From NCBI GenBank assembly GCA_051453625.1, contig JBOZIK010000001.1, forward strand, positions 1,979,113-2,041,534: DNA of 62,422 nucleotides, read 5' to 3'. The position numbers and the translations under genes are program-made. Origin of the DNA: Welwitschia mirabilis (lineage: Eukaryota). Shown piece by piece: positions 1-12,942 of this stretch (position 1 is its first letter; every line of letters starts with the position of its first letter). A model generated the notes under the pieces. That model made no database searches. It was not told the DNA's origin and saw only the letters and a list, made by a program, of their open reading frames with translations.

Positions 1-644
1 CCAAAAGATTTCTTGGTCATTTATAGCTTAGTTATTTATAATGGAATGCTATCATGATTTATTACATTTGAATTATGCCTCTGATGGCTATAAATAGCTA
101 GAAAATGGCTACCTAATGGCTAGATAATGGATACATAACTTTTAGAGAAAAAAATTTCTACACCATCCGGTCGACCCCACAAAAGTCTGGTCGATCACAT
201 GTGGTGTTATAAACTACACAGGTCGTCTGAGAGAATAATTTGGTTACCCCAGGATTTTACATTTCCATATCTGATTGATCCCATTNNNNNNNNNNCTATC
301 TGTTAGGTTCTTAAATCCAATCGATCCCATGAAAATCTAGTTAATCCCTTGCCTTTTGGCTTAGGGATACTGATTCTCTAAGTTACAGGTCCGATCAACC
401 TCATCAGAATCTGGTCAACCCTTCTGGATGCAGTTCATTTTTCTTTGACAGCTTCAGGTGCGGTCAACCCCTTTAGGATCCAGTAAATCCCTCTAGAGGG
501 TGAATTAAGTAAATAAATTTCTGATGCATATTTTATTTCCATCTTTCAACTAATAAAAACACAAACTCTTCTGCACAAACATATACAACATTTGCTATAC
601 AGAAGATATTAGTTTGATATTAATTGACAAAATATAATCCAACA
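1..644 (-). mobile_element. Partial Sirevirus-type LTR (window-truncated), abutting/inserted into the 3' LTR of the next element
   Basis: Ends in gatattagtttgatattaattgacaaaatataatccaaca (CA at 643-644), homologous to the LTR terminus gatatgttggtttgacattaatttgataatcttaactcaaca ending at 12942. 165-490 carries many copies of the ccggtcgacccc-type motif also found in the other LTRs. Confidence 0.7.
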
Positions 645-1380
645 CCTATAACCTTTACAAATGGAGTTTTCAAAGTTCAATCTTAACCTTTACAAAGAAA
701 ATACTTTGGCAAAGGAATTATGCCTTAATGCACTAGCTCATTTGATCTAAAGTATAATAATGATGAACAACATTACTTGGAGTAATAGTTCATAAGTATA
801 AGCTCTTATAGTGCAGATGTGTGTCTTAATTAAGAATATATCAATAGTATAAATGTTTTTTTTCATAGAAAACTGATGGTCAAAAGGTTCCTATATATTT
901 CTTTATATACAAGACAAGTTTAGTACAAATTTAAATGGGTCTGATATAATAACTGCTAGGTCTGATGTGGAGTAATGTCTAAAAGATAGTTTGAAAAGTT
1001 TTGCTTTCACTCCAATTGGTCAACTTGAGTGACTCACATCACTTGATCTAGTCACCCCCTTTCTTATCTGATCAATTCAAGTAATTCATGTTACTTAATT
1101 TGGTTTTCCCTATGTAAAACTTGTTTGACTGCATTTGTTTATGTCTACTCAACCCCTTTAGAATTCTAGTTAATTGTCTTTACCCAAGTTTAATTGACTT
1201 CTTTGGAACTTAATTGATCCCTCTTGATCTTTAATAGTTTTTTCAAAAAAAAAGGAATCCTAAGAGAAACATAAATGTTCATCTATTCTACAAAGCTTCA
1301 CCAATCTGTAACTTTTACAACATATTTAATTTATAGATGACATGTTACTTTCACATCAATTTGGCAATATCAAATCAATA
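645..1380 (-). repeat. 3' LTR of the Sirevirus element (partial)
   Basis: Aligns by eye to ~12190-12942 (e.g. taacctttacaaa...aaggaattatgcct...gcact). Followed in + coordinates by PPT complements. Confidence 0.8.
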
Positions 1381-1383
1381 ATA

Positions 1384-1466
1384 TCTCCCTTTGACATTAA
1401 TGAAAAACTATATATGATGAGAAACAAATAATACTAGTTTGATGGGATATTTTTCAAACTCCCCCT
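1384..1466 (-). other. Multiple polypurine tract (PPT) signature
   Basis: tctccct at 1384-1390 and ctccccct at 1459-1466 (AGGGGGAG on the minus strand) sit directly beside the 3' LTR. Multiple PPTs are characteristic of Sireviruses. Confidence 0.65.
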
Positions 1467-2309
1467 ATCGATATGCCATACATGATAAATGATATTTTAA
1501 TATATAAAGAACTATGCAATATCATTAGAGTATACTAAATAATAAAAAATAAAACTAAAACTAAAACAATGGTTGAACATATAAGAAAACTATAGATAAT
1601 AGATGTTTGAATATAAGTAGCTTTTAAAATAATAAACATGAAATAGTAGACATGAGTAATAAGACTATATTTTCTTCATCTTTTAACATCAATGACAAAG
1701 GATAGAAACACAAGTNNNNNNNNNNNNNNNNNNNNNNNNNNNNNNNNNNNNNNNNNNNNNNNNNNNNNNNNNNNNNNNNNNNNNNNNNNNNNNNNNNNNG
1801 ATTGACTCCTTTGGAATTTGATTGATCCCTCTTGATCTTTAATGGTTTTTTCAAAAAAATGGAATCCTGAGAGAAACATAAATGTTCATCTATCCTACAA
1901 AGATTCATCAATCTATAACTTTTACAACATATTTAATTTATAGATAATATGTTACTTTCACATCAATTTGGCAATATAAAATCAATAATATCTCTCTTTG
2001 ACATTAATGAAAAACTATATATGATGAGAAATACTAGTTTGATGGGATACTTTTCAAACTCCCCTTATCGATATGCCATACATGATAAATGATATTTTAA
2101 TATATAAAGAAATATGAAATATCATTAGATTATACTAAATAATACAAAATAAAATTAAAAATAAAATAATAATTAAATACATAAGAAAACTACAGATAAT
2201 AGATGTTTGAATACANNNNNNNNNNNNNNNNNNNNNNNNNNNNNNNNNNNNATGATTAATAAGACTATATTTTCTCCATCTTTTAACATCAATGACAAAG
2301 GAGAGAAAC

Positions 2310-4689
2310 ACAAGTAAAAAAATTAATCATAGTCTTTTTCTTCTTCAGGTTCTTCCTTAGACTCAAAGTCCTCTTCTTCTTCTTTGACTACCTCTTTTTA
2401 ATAAGAAATTTTAGCTTCTTCTGAAGTATTTACAATCTGATAACCTATTGTGATAAAAGTCTCCTCATTATAAGAAGTGAAAGAAACTAATATTGTAAGA
2501 ATGAAAAGGATTTCATCAGGAAAGGCCTTCTTTAGTGAAAGATATTTTGAAGATTTTGAGGCAGATTAAAAAATCAAATACATTCTAAAAAGAATGAGAT
2601 GCCCTATAGATGACATGGAAGTTATGGTTTCAAGCTTAGGATGAAAATGAACTTTGAAATGCCTATAAATATTTACAATGAGAATAGAGTAAGGAAGGGC
2701 TCTAGTTTTGTGATATTTAAGTTAAGAAATAATAATTTTTAGTATAATGATAAGAGCATTAATGGTACAATAGATTCCTATCAAATACAAAAGATAAGTT
2801 CTATAATTTAAGGTCTTATTATGATGACCAGCAAAAGGTAAAATGTTGTAGGTAAAACAAGATGTAAAAACCAGTATTTTGGAATGAGAAAAGAAGTGAA
2901 AAGAGTGGATTTCCACTTAATAAACTTTCCACACAGCTCTCAAGTGACTTCAGTATTCTTCTTCATAGAATCATCAAGAGGCTAAAACTCCCACTCCAAG
3001 GTAGGTTTGAAATAGAAGAAATTAAGTCTCAGGTAATATTTCTTCTCTTTTCCAACATAAAGGTGGAAAGAGTGAAAGAGTTAGTATCAAAGATTACATT
3101 AGCATAAAATAAGCTAGTAAGAAAGGAATAATTAGTGCTAGAAACATTTAGAAACTATGAAAAATCAAGTTCATGAAGGATTCTTACTATATTTCTTAAT
3201 TCCTGCTAATTATGTGAAGTAATATCTCTTTCTTGGCAAACTAACTTCTTCTTAAACTTGGAGGTAAAATGGTCAATGACTTCTTCTGATATACCCTAGT
3301 AGAAATAAGAAGGATCTCTACTATTAAGCATTTTTTATTTTGATCTTCTTAAGGGTCCCTCTACCATTACTATAATGTGGCTTTGCTGGAGATAAGAGAA
3401 AGATGAAGGAAAGAGATAAAAAAAGAAAGAAATAGGTGAAAGATAGTTGTAAAATAAAAACACATAAGGCACCAGCTTTTATAAGGGAAACACAATAGGT
3501 AAAATTTAAGAAAAATTTTCATTTCATAACCNNNNNNNNNNNNNNNNNNNNNNNNNNNNNNNNNNNNNNNNNNNNNNNNNNNNNNNNNNNNNNNNNNNNN
3601 NNNNNNNNNNNNNNNNNNNNNNNNNNNNNNNCAAGTAAAAAAAATAAATCATAGTATTCTTATTCTTCAGATTCTTCTTCAAACTCAAATTCCTCTTCTT
3701 CTTCTTTGACTACCTCTTTTTGGTAAGAACTTTTAGCTTCTTCTGAAGTATTTACAATCTAATAACCTATCGTCATAAAAGTGTCCTTCATATAATAAGT
3801 GCAAGAATCTAATATTTTAAGAATGGAAAGGATTTCATCAGGAGAGGCCTTCATTGGTGAAGGATATTTTAAGGATTTTGAGGTAGATTAAAAAAACAAA
3901 TACATTCTAAAAAGAATGAGACACCCTATAGATGACATGGAAGTTATGGTTTCAAGCTTAGGATGAAAATGAACTTTAAAATGTCTATAAATATTTGCAA
4001 TGAGAATAGAGTAAAGAAGGGCTATAGTTTTGTGATATTTAAGATAAGAAACAACAATTTTTAGTATAATGATAAGAGCATCAATGGTATGATAGATTCC
4101 TATCAAATACAAAAGATAAGATCTATAATTTAAGATCTTATTATGATGACTAGAAAAAGGTAAAATGTTGTAGGTAAAAACAAGATGTAAAAAGCAGTAT
4201 TTGGAATGAAAGAAGAAGTGAAAAGAGTGGATTTCCACTTAATAAAATTTCCACACAGCTCTTAAGTGACTTCAATCTTCTCCTCCATAGAGTCATCAAG
4301 AGGCCAGAAATCCCACCCCAAAGTAGGTTTGAAATAGAAGAAATTAAGTCTCAAGTAATATTTCTTCTCTTTTCCAACATAAAGGTGGAAAGAGTGGAAG
4401 AGTTAGTATCAAAGATTACATTAGCATAAAATAATCTAGTAAGAAAGGAATAATTAATGCTAGAGACATTAAGAAACTATGAAAAATCAAGGTCATGAAG
4501 GATTCCTACTACATCTCTTAGTTCCTGCTAATCATGTGAAGTAATAGCTCTTTCTTGGCAAACTGAATTCTTCTTAAACTTGGAGGTAAAATGGTTAATG
4601 ACTTCTTCTAACATGTCCTAGTAAAAATAAGAAGGATCTCTATTATTGAGCATTTTTTATTTTGATCTTCTTAAGGATCCCTCTACCAT
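2310..4689 (-). pseudogene. Sirevirus extra (env-like) ORF relic, present twice across a 100-N gap (~2310-3367 and ~3632-4689)
   Basis: Broken translation MVEGPLRRSK...TSLFYANV...YNILPFAGHHNK...LLYLIGI...ALPYSILIVNIYRHFKV resembles plant retrotransposon extra-ORF proteins. Lies between pol and PPT; includes ORFs 2722-2916 and 3888-4238. Confidence 0.6.
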
Positions 4690-5079
4690 TACTGTAATGT
4701 GGCTTTGTTGGAGACAAGAGAAAGATGAGGTAAATAGATAAGAAAAGAAAGAAATAGGCAAAAAGAAAATTATGAAATGAAAACACATAGGGAATTAGCT
4801 TTTATAAGGGAAATGAAATAGGTAAAATTTGAGAAAAATTTTGAGTTTACCACCTCTTTCCTGTCCTTATCCTACCTTGTTTAGTCAACTATGTTTAAGT
4901 CTGGTTGACCCATTAAAATGTGGGTTTGACTCTCCTAGATCTAGTTGACTAAGACTTTAGTCAGGTTAACTCGAATTCAGATGAGTTAAATTTAGAATAA
5001 GTCTAGATTATAAATCTAGTTGATTGTCCTACTTTCAATGGTAGGAAGGTGATATAACCACTAATTCTCATTAAATATG

Positions 5080-8000
5080 CAATATTTTATCAAAACTCAG
5101 GGGTTTTGTAAATATATTAGCTAGTTTTGATTAGTTTTTATAGAATTCATAATGATTTTCCTTTTTTCAATCTAATTTCTAAGAGAATAGTATCTAAGCT
5201 CAATATGTGTAGTTTGAGAGTGTTGAATAGGATTTTTACACTAGTATTGTTACAAAATATGGGTACTTAGTCATAGCTGACTTCAAAATCTCTTAACATT
5301 TCCTTCATTTATAGAAGATGAGTATAACAGCTTCTTACTTCTATGTATTTAGCTTCACCTATGGAGAAAGAGATTGAGTTTTATTTCTTACTTGCCCAAA
5401 CTACTAGATAAGCATTAAGAAAGAAATAATTTCCACTTATGCTTTTTTAATTATTTTTGTACCTAACCTAATCTGCATCACTAAATCCTGAAAGATAAAA
5501 GATGTTATTTCGAGATACCATAGCTCATAATTACAAGTGTTCTTTATGTATCTTATAATTATTTTTATAGCTTGAAGGTGTGATTCTTTAGGTTTTACCT
5601 AGTATCTTGCACAAATAGTCATACTAAACATTATATCTAGTCTACTAGCTATTAAATACAATAGAATTCCTATCATACTTCTATATAGTTTTTGATCAAT
5701 TGGTTTTCCCTGATTATAAAGACTTATTTTGCATGTTATTGACATAGGAGTGGTGGTATATTTTGCATTTTCAAGGCTAAAAACTTTCACTAAATCCTTA
5801 GCATATTTTGATTGGGAGATGAAGATTTCTTAATTAGATTATCTAATTTATAGTCTAAAAAACATACTTACTTCTCCTAGCATGTTCATCTCAAAGTGTT
5901 TCATCATGTTATTGATAAACTCTTTTGTTAGTTCTTGTTTTAAGTCTCTAAAAATTATGTCATCAACCTATATATGAATAATGATGAAGTTTTTTTTTAA
6001 ATTTATGCATAAAAAGAGTTTTATCTACAAATCTCTAGTTATAACCACTCTTCTCAAGAAAAGTTGTTAATTTTTCATACTAAGCCCTAAGGGATTGTTT
6101 CAATCTGTATAAAGCTTTCTTAAGTCTATAAACATGATGTGATTTATGAGGATCTATAAAGCCTCTATATTTCTCTACATAAACCTCCTCATTAAGAATA
6201 TTATTTAAGAAAGTATTTTTTAACATCCATTTGAAATTATTTAAAATTTTTAAAAGTTGTAANNNNNNNNNNNNNNNNNNNNNNNNNNNNNNNNNNNNNN
6301 NNNNNNNNNNNNNNNNNNNNNNNNNNNNNNNNNNNNNNNNNNNNNNNNNNNNNNNNNNNNNNNNNNNNNNNNNNNNNNNNNNNNNNNNNNNNNNNNNNNN
6401 NNNNNNNNNNNNNNNNNNNNNNNNNNNNNNNNNNNNNNNNNNNNNNNNNNNNNNNNNNNNNNNNNNNNNNNNNNNNNNNNNNNCTATTGTAATTCCTCTT
6501 ACATGGTTATCATTCATTCTTCATGAGTTTCAGCCTCCTTAAAGTTCTTGGGTTTAACCTAAGACACATAACATACATGGGCATAACAATCTTTAAGGAA
6601 TTATCTAGTGTTCATCATTGAATTTACATCTTCAATGACTAAATCAAGAGGATGGTTCTTTAATTCTTGAAATGTTTTGCATCTAATTCTTATCTTGATT
6701 CTTGTCTTGATTCATTTTCCCCTTTTTTTAAATACTTCTTGTCATTAGTAAAATTTTGTAAGGGATTTTCTTTATCACCTAGAAATAATGGTTTAAGACT
6801 AGTATCATAAATTTACACATTTATAGATTCATCTACTAATAGGCTTTATTTATTAAAGACTCTATAGCCTTTACTTCTAGTGGAGTATCCAAGAAACACT
6901 GCTTCCTCTACTTTAGATTCAAATTTGTTCAAGTGTTTTCTATCCTTAAAAATGAAACATTTAGTTCTAAAAACTTTAAAATAAGATATGTTTGGTTTTA
7001 TTTCTTTCTAAATCTCATAGGGAGTCTTATCCATACCTAGTTAAAGAAACACTCTGTTGATGATATAGCATGAAGTACTCACTGCCTTAGCCTATAACGT
7101 TCTTAGAACTTCCTTATTATTAAACATTATTCTTTCCATCGCTTGGAGAACTCTATTTTTCCTTTCAACTACATCATTTTTATGTGCATTTTTAGTGTTG
7201 AAAAATCATGCTTAATTCCATTATCAACATAATAAGTTTTAAAATAATGGTTTTCAAACTCTCCTCAATGATTACTTCTGATATGTTTAATAGAATACCC
7301 TTTTTTTTTAATATTTGATTTCATATCTAACAAATCTTTTGAATGTTTTAGCTTTGTTTCCTAGGAAAGAAATCCAAGTAAATCTAAAGTAGTCATCAAT
7401 TATTGTCAAAAAAAAAAAATCACTTTTCTACCAGGCTCTTAGTTTGAAAAGGACCTACAAAGTACATATGAATACATTCAGAAGGCATAGATGTGGATAC
7501 TAAGTTTTTGATCTATGAAAGGTTCTAATTTGTTTTACCTTTTGATAAGCATTACATAAAGCATGTATATCAACATTAATTTTAGGAATCCCTTTCATAA
7601 TCTACTTTTTGATGAGTATTTTATATTAATCATAGTTTACTTATCCTAAACATTGGTTTCATAGTCCTTTTTAGTTAGCTTATGAAAAATGACAAATAGA
7701 AGAGGGTTATTTAATATTATAAACATTATCTATCTTATTTGCTTTAATAAGAATCTCATATATTCTATCATGTTTAACTTTACACTTTTGACTATCAAAA
7801 ACAACTTTATGAATTTTATCACAAATTTGAATAATACTAAGTAAATTATGTTTAAGACCATTTACATATAAAATTTCATTAATTTTAGGTAGATAAACTC
7901 CACTAATGCTTCCTATGCATTTAATTTTTTCCTTTCTATCATCAGCTAATTTTATCCATTCCCCATTACTGNNNNNNNNNNNNNNNNNNNNNNNNNNNNN

Positions 8001-11000
8001 NNNNNNNNNNNNNNNNNNNNNNNNNNNNNNNNNNNNNNNNNNNNNNNNNNNNNNNNNNNNNNNNNNNNNNNCAACACAATACTTTTTAAAATAATGTTTT
8101 TCAAACTCTCCTTCATGATTACTTCTGATATGTTTAATAAAATACCCTTTTTTGTTTTGTATTTTATTTCATATCCAAAAAATATTTTGAATGTTTTATC
8201 TTTGTTTCCTAGGAAAGAAATCCAAGTAAATCTAGAGTAGTCATCAATCATTGTCAAAAAATATCATTTTTATACCAGGCTCTTAGTTTGAAAAGGACCT
8301 ACTAAATACATATGAATACATTTAGGAGGGATAGATATGGATACTAAGTTTTTTCTCTTATGAAAGGTTCTAATTTGTTTTCTTTTTTGATAAGCATCAC
8401 ATAAAGCATGTTTATCAACATTAATTTTAGGAATCCCTTTCATAATCTTCTTTTTTATGAGTCGTTTATATTATTCATAGTTCACTTATCTTAAACATTG
8501 GTGTCATAGTTCTTTTTAGTTAGCTTGTAAAAAATGACAAATAGAAGAGGGTTATTCAATACTATAAACATTATCTATCTTATTTGCTTTGAGAATAAGC
8601 TCATCTATTCTATCATGTCTAACTTTACACTTTTGACTATCAAAAACAACTTTATGACTTTTATCATAAATCTAAATAATACTAAGCAAATTATGTTTAA
8701 GACCATTTACATATANNNNNNNNNNNNNNNNNNNNNNNNNNNNNNNNNNNNNNNNNNNNNNNNNNNNNNNNNNNNNNNNNNNNNNNNNNNNNNNNNNNNN
8801 NNNNNNNNNNNNNNNATTTTCATTAATTTTAGGTAGATAACCTCTACCAATGCTTTCTATTCCTTTAATTTTTTCCTTTCTATCATTAGCTAAGGTTATC
8901 TATTTCCCATTAATGTCATCTAGGCATTAGAATCTAGACTTATCATCTATCATATGGTAAGAACGACACTATCCAAGTACCAGTAAGTTCCACTATTAGC
9001 CCTGAAAGCTATTTGAATTAGTAAAATTTCCAAATTATCAAGACTCATTCACTTAGTTTTTTTGAACTACTATGATGATGAATATTTGATTATAAATTTG
9101 AAAGAAAAAGTACTAGTACTGAATGAAAAAAAGAATAATGTTTTTAAAATTTCNNNNNNNNNNAAGACAAATTAGAGTGACCTAGTTTACCATAAAAATG
9201 ATAGGTAATTTTTGAAATGAAATTGTTATTTAGCCAATTTACTTGATTAGAGGAAGTGAATCATAGAAAATCCAATGTCTCTTTTATCATGGACTAACTT
9301 TCCTATTCTTAGCCTCTATTTTAATTTACTAGAGTCACTAAAAAAATTTATTTACAAAACGAAATAAGCTTTTACCTCTTAAAGTAAATGTTTATTCTCC
9401 ATTTGGATTTTCTTGTAGTTGAGCTCTAAAGCTTTGTTTTCCTTATGTAAAGACTTTACTATTTTTTTCAGTTCTTTTAATTTTTTACTAACTTCTCACA
9501 TTCTGAGCACAATTCTTAATAGGTATCTTTTAAATCTTATTCCCCTTCCTCTATAATGTCTAGATCATCTAATTCAGTTAGATAGGAAATTTCATGTAAG
9601 GTTGGGGCTATTACCATAAAGGAGATTCTTTTATCTCGTTCTAATTCCTGACCAAAATTGTTATCTTTTTCATCGTCCAAGTTATTCCAAGTTATAATAA
9701 GAATAGTCTTTTAAATTTTTCTAATTACTTTTGTTATTTGGACATTCATTAGTAACATGTCTATACCCTTTATAGCTATAGCATTAGATCTCCTTTATTT
9801 TCTCTTGATCTATTCTTAATTTTAATTGATCCATTCTGATTCCTTTTCTTGTTTTTCCATCTCATCTTTTCCTGTATAAGAATTTTTTAAATCCTCTTAC
9901 CAATAGCGCTGCTTTATCCTCATCAAGGTCACTATATGATCTTTCATATTTTACTTTATCCTATGCACTTTTTAAAGCAAGACTTTTCTTTTTATCTTTG
10001 GGAAATTTTAGCTCATAAGCTTGAAGATTACCTAGTAATTCATTCAGGGCCATTAGGTTGATGTTCTTACTTTCTTTAATAATGGTTACCTTTGGCTTAA
10101 AGTGCTTGGGAAGAGATCTTAAAACTTTTCTTACTACTCTTGCTTCATCCATCTTTTCTCCTAGGCTTACCATTGAGTTCACTATGTCTATCAATTTGGT
10201 AAAGAACTTTTAGAGAGTTTCTTCATCCTCCATCTGAATATCTTCAAACTTGGTAATCATCATCTGAAGTTTTTCTTATTTGACTATGGATGTTTCTTCA
10301 TGAGAAATAGCAAGAATATCACATGCTTCTTTGGTAGTTTTATAATTTACTATTCTATTAAATGCTTCTACACACATAACACAAAAAATAACATTAAGAG
10401 CATGGGTATTGAAAGTAGCATTTGCTTTATCAATAAGTATCCATTGGTATTTTGGTTTTAAGATGGTTTTGAAATTTTTACCACTAGGTATCCATTGGTC
10501 TTTTAATTATTATAGGATGAATGTATCCANNNNNNNNNNNNNNNNNNNNNNNNNNNNNNNNNNNNNNNNNNNNNNNNNNNNNNNNNNNNNNNNNNNNNNN
10601 NNNNNNNNNNNNNNNNNNNNNNNNNNNNNTTCTTACTTTCTTTAATAATGATTACCTTTGGCTTAAAGTGCTTAGGAAGAGATCTTAAAAATTTTCTTAC
10701 CACTCTTGCTTCATCCATCTTTTCTCCTAGGCTTGCCATTGAGTTCACTATGTCTATTAATTTGGTAAAGAACTTTTATTTAGTTTCTTCCTCCTTCATT
10801 TCAATATCTTCAAACTTGGTAATTGGCATCTAAAGTTTTTCTTGTTTGACTATGGATGTTTCTTCATGAGAAATAGCAAGAATATCACATGATTCTTTGG
10901 TAGTTTTTTAATTTACTATTCTCTTAAATGCTTCTGCAGACATAACATAAAAAATAACATTAAGAGCATGGGCATTAAAAGTAGAATTTGCTTTATCAAT

Positions 11001-11230
11001 AAGTATCCATTGATCTTTTGGTTTTAAGATGGTTTTGAAATTTTCACCACTAGGTATCCATTGGTCTTTTAATTATTATAGGGTGAATGTATCTATTGTA
11101 GACTACCTCTTCTATATCTACATTAAGAAACCTTAGGAAAATTCTCATTTTAGCCTTCCAATAAGCATAGTTAGTTCTATAAAATTTGGTTACTTTCTAG
11201 TAGAGAATTCATCTAAGGGGTTACTTATGG
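5080..11230 (-). pseudogene. Copia gag-pol polyprotein relic (gag, zinc knuckle, protease, integrase, RT, RNase H)
   Basis: gag NYAYWKAKMRIFL (~11140-11180) and VVRKVLRSLPKHFKPKV; decayed Zn knuckle CYSYKGYRHVTNECPN (~9740-9785); protease WYLDS..SYHM (~8950-8985); integrase IDDYSRFTW; RT LNEEVYV/YRLKKALYRLKQS and YRSMIGILLYL; RNase H GFSDAD. Confidence 0.9.
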
Positions 11231-11392
11231 CTAGGNNNNNNNNNNNNNNNNNNNNNNNNNNNNNNNNNNNNNNNNNNNNNNNNNNNNNNNNNNNNNNNNN
11301 NNNNNNNNNNNNNNNNNNNNNNNNNNNNNNNNNNNTACTCATGGCTAAGGCTATAAGTCATGATGTGTTAGAATCTATTACTAACTCAACCT

Positions 11393-11404
11393 ACTCTGAT
11401 TCCA
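11393..11404 (-). other. Primer binding site, tRNA-iMet type (degenerate)
   Basis: Minus strand TGGAATCAGAGT versus canonical TGGTATCAGAGC (10/12), 2 nt from the LTR end at 11407. Confidence 0.75.
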
Positions 11405-11406
11405 AA

Positions 11407-12942
11407 TGAAGGATCTATAAATCCTAGAGGGGGTTAAATAGGTTTTTAAAAAAATATTTCCTCTTTAAAATATAAATACATATAACAATGATTTTAAGTA
11501 AAAGGGAATGAACTAACTAAATAAATTTAACGAGTGCTATCAGAAAGAATATAATAGTAATAAACAACAAAAAGTATGCACTAGAAAAGCAATTTATAGT
11601 GATTTGGGAAACTTCCCTCCTCCACTCTCAACTATCAACTTCATTCCTAAAATGATCTAGATCTTTGTTGCTTTTCTTATAGGTTTCTAGGTCGCCATGT
11701 AACCTTTACAAACAGACTTTTCAAGGCTTAGTATCAACCTTTACAAAGCCAATATTTTGGTAAAAGAAGTATGCCTCAATGCACTGGTTCACCCGATCTA
11801 AAGTGCAATACTAATATACCAAACTACTTGAAGTAATAGTTTACAAGTACAAACTCTCATAGTATAGATGTGTATCTTGACTATAAAGATATCAATAGTA
11901 TAAATGTTCTTTTTCTCAAAAAATTCGTGGTCAAAAGGTTTCTATTCATTTCTTTATATAGAACGCAAGTTTATTACAACTTTAAATGGATCTGATACAA
12001 TAATGACTAGATGTGGTACGAAGTAACATCTATAAAGTAGTCTAAAAAGTTCCATTTCCACTCTAACTAGTTGACCCCTTGAAACATCCAGTTAATCCAA
12101 GTGACTTATGTCACTTAATCCAGTCATCCCCTTTCTCATTTGGTTGACTTGAGTGACTTACATTACTTTTTTCCAAGTTTTGAGATCAACATGTAACCTT
12201 TACAAACAGACTTTTCAAGGCTTAGTCTCAACCTTTACAAAGCAAAGCTTTTGGTTAAGGAATTATGCCTCGATGCACTGGCTCACTTGATCTGAAGTGC
12301 AATAATGATAGAACACACTACTTGGAGTAACAGTTCACAAGTACAAGATCTTACAATGTAGATGTGTATCTTGACTAGAAAGATATCAATAATATAAATG
12401 TCCTTTTTCTCAAAAAATTATTGGTTAAAAGGTTCCTATTAATTTATTTATATAAAAAATTTACTACATCTTTAAATGGATCTGTGACAATAATGGTTAG
12501 ATCTAGTGTGGAGTAACATCTAGAAATAGTCTAAAAAGTTCTACTTTCACTCTGACTAGTTAAGCCCTCGAAACATCTAGTCGATCTGAGTGACTCACGT
12601 CACTTAATCTAGTCATCCCCTTTCTCATCTGATTGACTTGAGTAACTAATGTTACTTAATCTATTCACCTCCCAACTGAAGTCTAATTAATCACCTTTGT
12701 CTAGGTCTAGTTGACCCCTTTAGAAGTTTGGTTTACTATCTTTATTTAGGTTCAATCAATTCCTTTTAAAACTTGGTTAACCCCTCTTGATCTTTAACAA
12801 TTTTTTTGGAAAAATAGAATCCTGAGAAAAACATCAATATTTGTCTGTCTTGTAAGGCTTTATCAACTTGCAACTTTTATAACATATTTAATCTATAAAT
12901 GATATGTTGGTTTGACATTAATTTGATAATCTTAACTCAACA
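11407..12942 (-). repeat. 5' LTR of the Sirevirus element, with an internal ~495-bp tandem duplication
   Basis: TG at 11407 and CA at 12941-12942. Units starting catgtaacctttacaaacagacttttcaaggcttag at ~11696 and ~12190. Confidence 0.8.

Larger units (their letters stand above)
645..12942 (-). mobile_element. Degenerate Ty1/Copia LTR retrotransposon, Sirevirus (SIRE/Maximus) lineage, with extra 3' ORF
   Basis: Two homologous LTRs, a tRNA-iMet-like PBS, Copia domain order gag-PR-IN-RT-RH on the minus strand, multiple PPT motifs before the 3' LTR, a Sirevirus-like LTR end motif (cctagagggggttaaatagg at ~11422) and an extra ORF between pol and the 3' LTR. Many stops, frameshifts and gaps. Confidence 0.85.

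Noticed and set aside
470-510. ctctagagggtgaat as the start of the Sirevirus 3' LTR
   Set aside because: Sequence 570-644 matches the opposite LTR terminus, so this segment belongs to a separate LTR and the motif is better read as a decayed repeat unit.
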